A stretch of 63,951 nt of DNA, filler included, from Craspedostauros australis (taxonomy: Eukaryota): the NCBI GenBank assembly GCA_030167865.1. It is 14 parts of 14 records of this genome, joined end to end, with 100 filler letters (N's around TTAATTAATTAA, not from the genome) between each part and the next. Parts side by side here need not be neighbours in the genome. Positions count along the whole stretch, not along the records: positions 57,240 to 62,393 come from JALAGF010004091.1; positions 62,494 to 63,951 come from JALAGF010004106.1; 12 more parts are not named here. One strand, given 5' to 3'. Below, piece after piece: positions 60,554-63,951 of the stretch (the first letter of the stretch is position 1; every line of letters starts with the position of its first letter). The notes beneath the pieces are model-generated. The model saw nothing but the letters and a program-made list of their open reading frames with translations. It searched no databases and was not told the origin of the DNA. The translations under genes were made by a program, and so were the position numbers.

Positions 60554-62393
60554 ATGATCAACACGCATCATCAACGACATCGGCAACAAGAAGAATCGCC
60601 CTCGCTTCTTCCTTCCGATTCGGCTTCACTGAGCATGGGCGAATCATTCCAAGTGTCGAAGTCATCATCCTCGTTGCCACCGCTTCGGTCTGCCTACGAC
60701 GTGGTTCCGGCCGACAGCCCCAACGATGGCTCGTTTGCGATTGGCAGCTTTTGCGACGTCTTGTCCCAGAATGTAGACATCGGCGCCAGTGGGAGCAATG
60801 GCCGCCATCTCGGCCATCTTCTAAGCCAGGCCAACTCAGGCGATGCATCGCTGGGCGCTTCTAGCGCAGGCCAGGCGGCTGCAGTCTCGAATGGAGGTGC
60901 GGTCGGAACCTTCGGCGCCAACCTCAGCCTCGGCTTGGATGCCTTCCAGGCCCAACAGCAGCTGCAGCAGTCACGGCTTCCATCACACAACAATTTCGCC
61001 ATGCGAAGCTTCGAGTCATTCGCCAAGGCATCCACCAACAGCGGCCTATCATTGACAATGTCCGTGTTTGGCGGTGCTGCACCTGGAGCTGGAGCTGGAA
61101 CAGCACCGAGAACGCCTGGACTGCCCACCACCAATGGCCTCAGTGGCTTTAATGGCATCAACAGCACCAACAGCATCAACGGAATCCATGGATGGGATGG
61201 TATGAACGGTGTGAACAGTATGAACGGCTTTGGTGCCCTCAATGGGCTTCATGGGTTGAACGGATTGGGCGGCCTCAATGGCTTGAACGGGCTCAATGGC
61301 TTGAATGGGTTCAATGGACTCAGTGGCATTGGTGTCATTGGTGGCATCAGTGGTATCAGCAATGACTTCCAGGCCGATCTTGTCGACTCCAATGCTCCAA
61401 CCATCAACCAACGAGCTCCAGCAACGTCGTCGACCTACCAGCATGTCATCGATACTCAACGAACAGTAAGTTGTGATTGATCCGTCTCGATTTCGGTAGT
61501 ATGGAGAGTACTCGTATGGATGATGATGTTGGTTGAGCGCGCTTCTTCATTTCTTCATCTCACGTTGTATTCCATCGCTTCAATATACTCCACTGTATGG
61601 TACTTCACTTTACTTCTATTCACACGCTTCACACCATTGAACGCGCATTTCATATGCCATCCACACCACTCCCCACAGGTCTCGCAACCAACATCACCCG
61701 CACCATCCCAGATGTCGGCATCTGCATCAGTGTGCGCCTCCATGCCACCATCGCTGTCGTTGCCGCTGTCATTGACGAATGAGTTCATCCCACAGCAACA
61801 GCACCAACAACAGCAGCAACAACAGCAACAGAAACTCAGCCGTCGAACCAACTACAACCGCAGCTACAGGCACAGCCAGAGCCAGAACCATGGCAGCGCA
61901 CAACAAGAACAGCGCTTCGGTGCCTCCAACACACAGAAGTGGATGGGCAAGTACAAGGAGCTCCTCCACTTCGTGCAGCAGCACGGACACAGCCTCGTCC
62001 CGCTCGATTACAAGGCCAACCCATCCCTCGCCCACTGGGTGAAACGCCAACGGTGCCAGTACAAGGCCAAGGTGGCGGGCACCCATTCCACCCTCACTGC
62101 GGAACGCCAGCAGATGTTGGAGGATCTCACCTTCTGCTGGGACTCCCACCGCGCCGCATGGGAGGAGAGGTTCCGACAGCTGAACGGCTTCAAGTGCCAG
62201 TACGGCCACTGCAACGTCCCATCGAAGTACGGTGAGAATCAGTCGCTGGCGATCTGGGTGAAGTGCCAGCGCCGTCAGTACAAGCTGCATCGCGCCGGCA
62301 AGAAGTCGAACCTGAACGATGAGCGCATCTCGAAGCTGTCGCAGATGGGTTTCGTGTGGACGCCTCGGGAGGTGAGATCGTCGCACAGCCCGG
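60554..62393 (+). CDS. Second two-HA-domain protein with a low-complexity N-terminus; join(60554..61465,61679..>62393)
   Basis: Phase-0 intron GTAAGT(61466)...CAG(61678). (LNG)n and polyQ tracts. HA motifs WMGKYKELLHFVQQHGHSLVP and WEERFRQLNGFKCQYGHCNVP. Start codon uncertain. Confidence 0.82.
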
Positions 62394-62559
62394 NNNNNNN
62401 NNNNNNNNNNNNNNNNNNNNNNNNNNNNNNNNNNNNNTTAATTAATTAANNNNNNNNNNNNNNNNNNNNNNNNNNNNNNNNNNNNNNNNNNNNCACTTTC
62501 TGTTGCCTCGCCATGCCTCGCAATGCCTCACTGATGTCCATCATCTTTTTTCCGATCAG

Positions 62560-63678
62560 GCGACAAAGCACATCTCGGTGGATTCACAGAGCTCGATCTC
62601 ATGGGAGTGTCACCAAGAACATGGAAGTTCATGATCGAGTACATGGGAATCAAAAGCATGGTGGATGTGGGTTGTGGAAAGGGGACCAGCACGAGCTGGT
62701 TCCATGATCATGGCGTGGATGCGTTGTGCGTGGAGGGATCGCATGATGCCGTCCTAGCCAACGTGCTTCCAAACAAAGACACGCATCTCGTGGAGCACGA
62801 CTTCTCGCGTGGTCCGTACTGGCCAGATAAGTTGTACGATGCCGTGTGGGCAGTTGAGTTTCTGGAACACGTTGGCAGGAACTATCAACACAATTACATT
62901 CCCATCTTCCGCAAGGCCGCTTACTTGTTCGTGACTCATTCGACGTGGTCGGGATGGCACCATGTGGAAGTGCATGACACACAGTGGTGGATTGCTCGCA
63001 TGGAAAGCATGGGCTTCAAGTATTCGGGACAACTCACCAAGATGGTCCGAGAAGCGGCCTCAAGTGAACGCGATGACAAGCAGTTCAGGGCACCGAACGG
63101 AGCGCAGTACAATCCCCAACACGTGTGGTTGCACATGATGGTAAATGGACATGAAAAGTCATGCGATGGTTGCGTACATGATGTGATGGTTGCGTGCATG
63201 ATGTGATGTGGATGGTGAAGTGCGCACAGCAAACGAGACGCAAACGACCAAGCGTCACTCCTGTTGGGTATTACGGCGCGCGCATGATATCATATTGTAT
63301 TCTATGTGCTTGTCTCTCACCTCCAACGTCATGCTCTACCCATTGTACATTCTTCTTCTTCCATTTCTGTAATATCATGCATATCCTCGGACCAATCAAA
63401 CACCACATGCCATCGCCATGGAATTGAATGCACAGGTGTTCATCAATCCTGTGGTTGCTGCGAGGCCCGAGTTCGCAAGGCTGATGTCGCAGGATGGTTG
63501 TGCGTCGGGACGAATGAACCTGCGTCCTTGCACTAAGGAAGGCGAATCGAAGCTGCCTCCGGAGTATGAACCCATCCATTTGACGCCTGAGATGGACGAG
63601 GTGTGGGAGCGGCGCATCTTTGGAAAGACGACGGCGGAGTACGAAAAGGAGATGCCGGCCGCAGCGGAAGCGAAGTGA
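62560..63678 (+). CDS. Class I SAM-dependent methyltransferase-like protein; 5'-partial; join(<62560..63140,63436..63678)
   Basis: HLGG...VDVGCGKG (SAM motif I), CVEGS, EHDF, YDAVWAVEFLEHV and GWHHV. The GT-AG intron 63141-63435 joins HMM/VFINP in frame. Confidence 0.85.
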
Positions 63679-63951
63679 AATATGACCCGTGTGAGTGAAG
63701 AACGGTGCGGTCCAACAGGGTTCTTTGATTTTGGACCTTCGATTGAGATGAAACTTGACGCACATGCACTTTTACGTACATAAATTCATTATCCGAGCTT
63801 GCAGCTTCAGGGTGGTTTTAGTTGTAGAGTTATGAGGTGACGGAGTTGGCCAGGCTGCCTCTAATAGGACCCCCCCGAGTGAGTCGACCTGCAGTCCGGA
63901 ATAAGGCATGTCAACTTTTTATGGATATACAACAAAACGACCACATATTCA

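Noticed and set aside
8425..62493. Regularly recurring TTAATTAATTAA as a biological repeat or as piggyBac TTAA sites
   Set aside because: Always centred in exactly 44+44 Ns, so it is an artificial six-frame-stop linker. Adjacency across spacers is not evidence of linkage.
63857..63867. GCCTCTAATAG matching the putative terminus at about 26733-26743
   Set aside because: An 11-nt match only, on a different contig, without the subterminal motifs.
63881..63894. GAGTCGACCTGCAG resembling a pUC polylinker
   Set aside because: Only 14 nt, and the flanks do not continue as vector sequence; likely chance.
1..63951. CRISPR arrays, rRNA genes or prokaryotic operons
   Set aside because: None seen. The repeats are microsatellites, LTRs or assembly overlaps, and the genes have spliceosomal introns.

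Overview
Eukaryotic genomic DNA, most likely from a diatom (inferred from GT-AG introns, a cyclase-PDE fusion, helicase-associated-domain proteins and a bacterial-type STAND ATPase). The window is 14 contigs joined by artificial 100-nt spacers (N44-TTAATTAATTAA-N44). Several contigs overlap each other, so the apparent duplications of the HSF, SGNH and transposase genes are largely assembly or haplotype structure. Host genes: cyclase/phosphodiesterase fusion, ankyrin-BTB protein, HSF (2 variants), TBCE, STAND ATPase, SGNH/TBL-like protein, two HA-domain proteins and a SAM methyltransferase. Decayed genes: UTP14, an acidic low-complexity gene and a small secreted-protein gene. Mobile DNA: a Ty1/copia 3' end with an 810-bp LTR, a solo LTR of the same family with a target-site duplication, a third diverged LTR, a Harbinger-type Myb/SANT gene with a motif-rich putative terminus, a ~340-bp MITE and a tRNA-like relic. 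Top finding: a spliced, uninterrupted ORF of at least 1214 codons (34394 to beyond 38367) with the three catalytic motifs of a piggyBac-like DDD transposase, and a complete YqaJ/lambda-exonuclease domain inserted in frame between the 2nd and 3rd catalytic Asp. All family calls come from motif recognition by eye; no searches were run.
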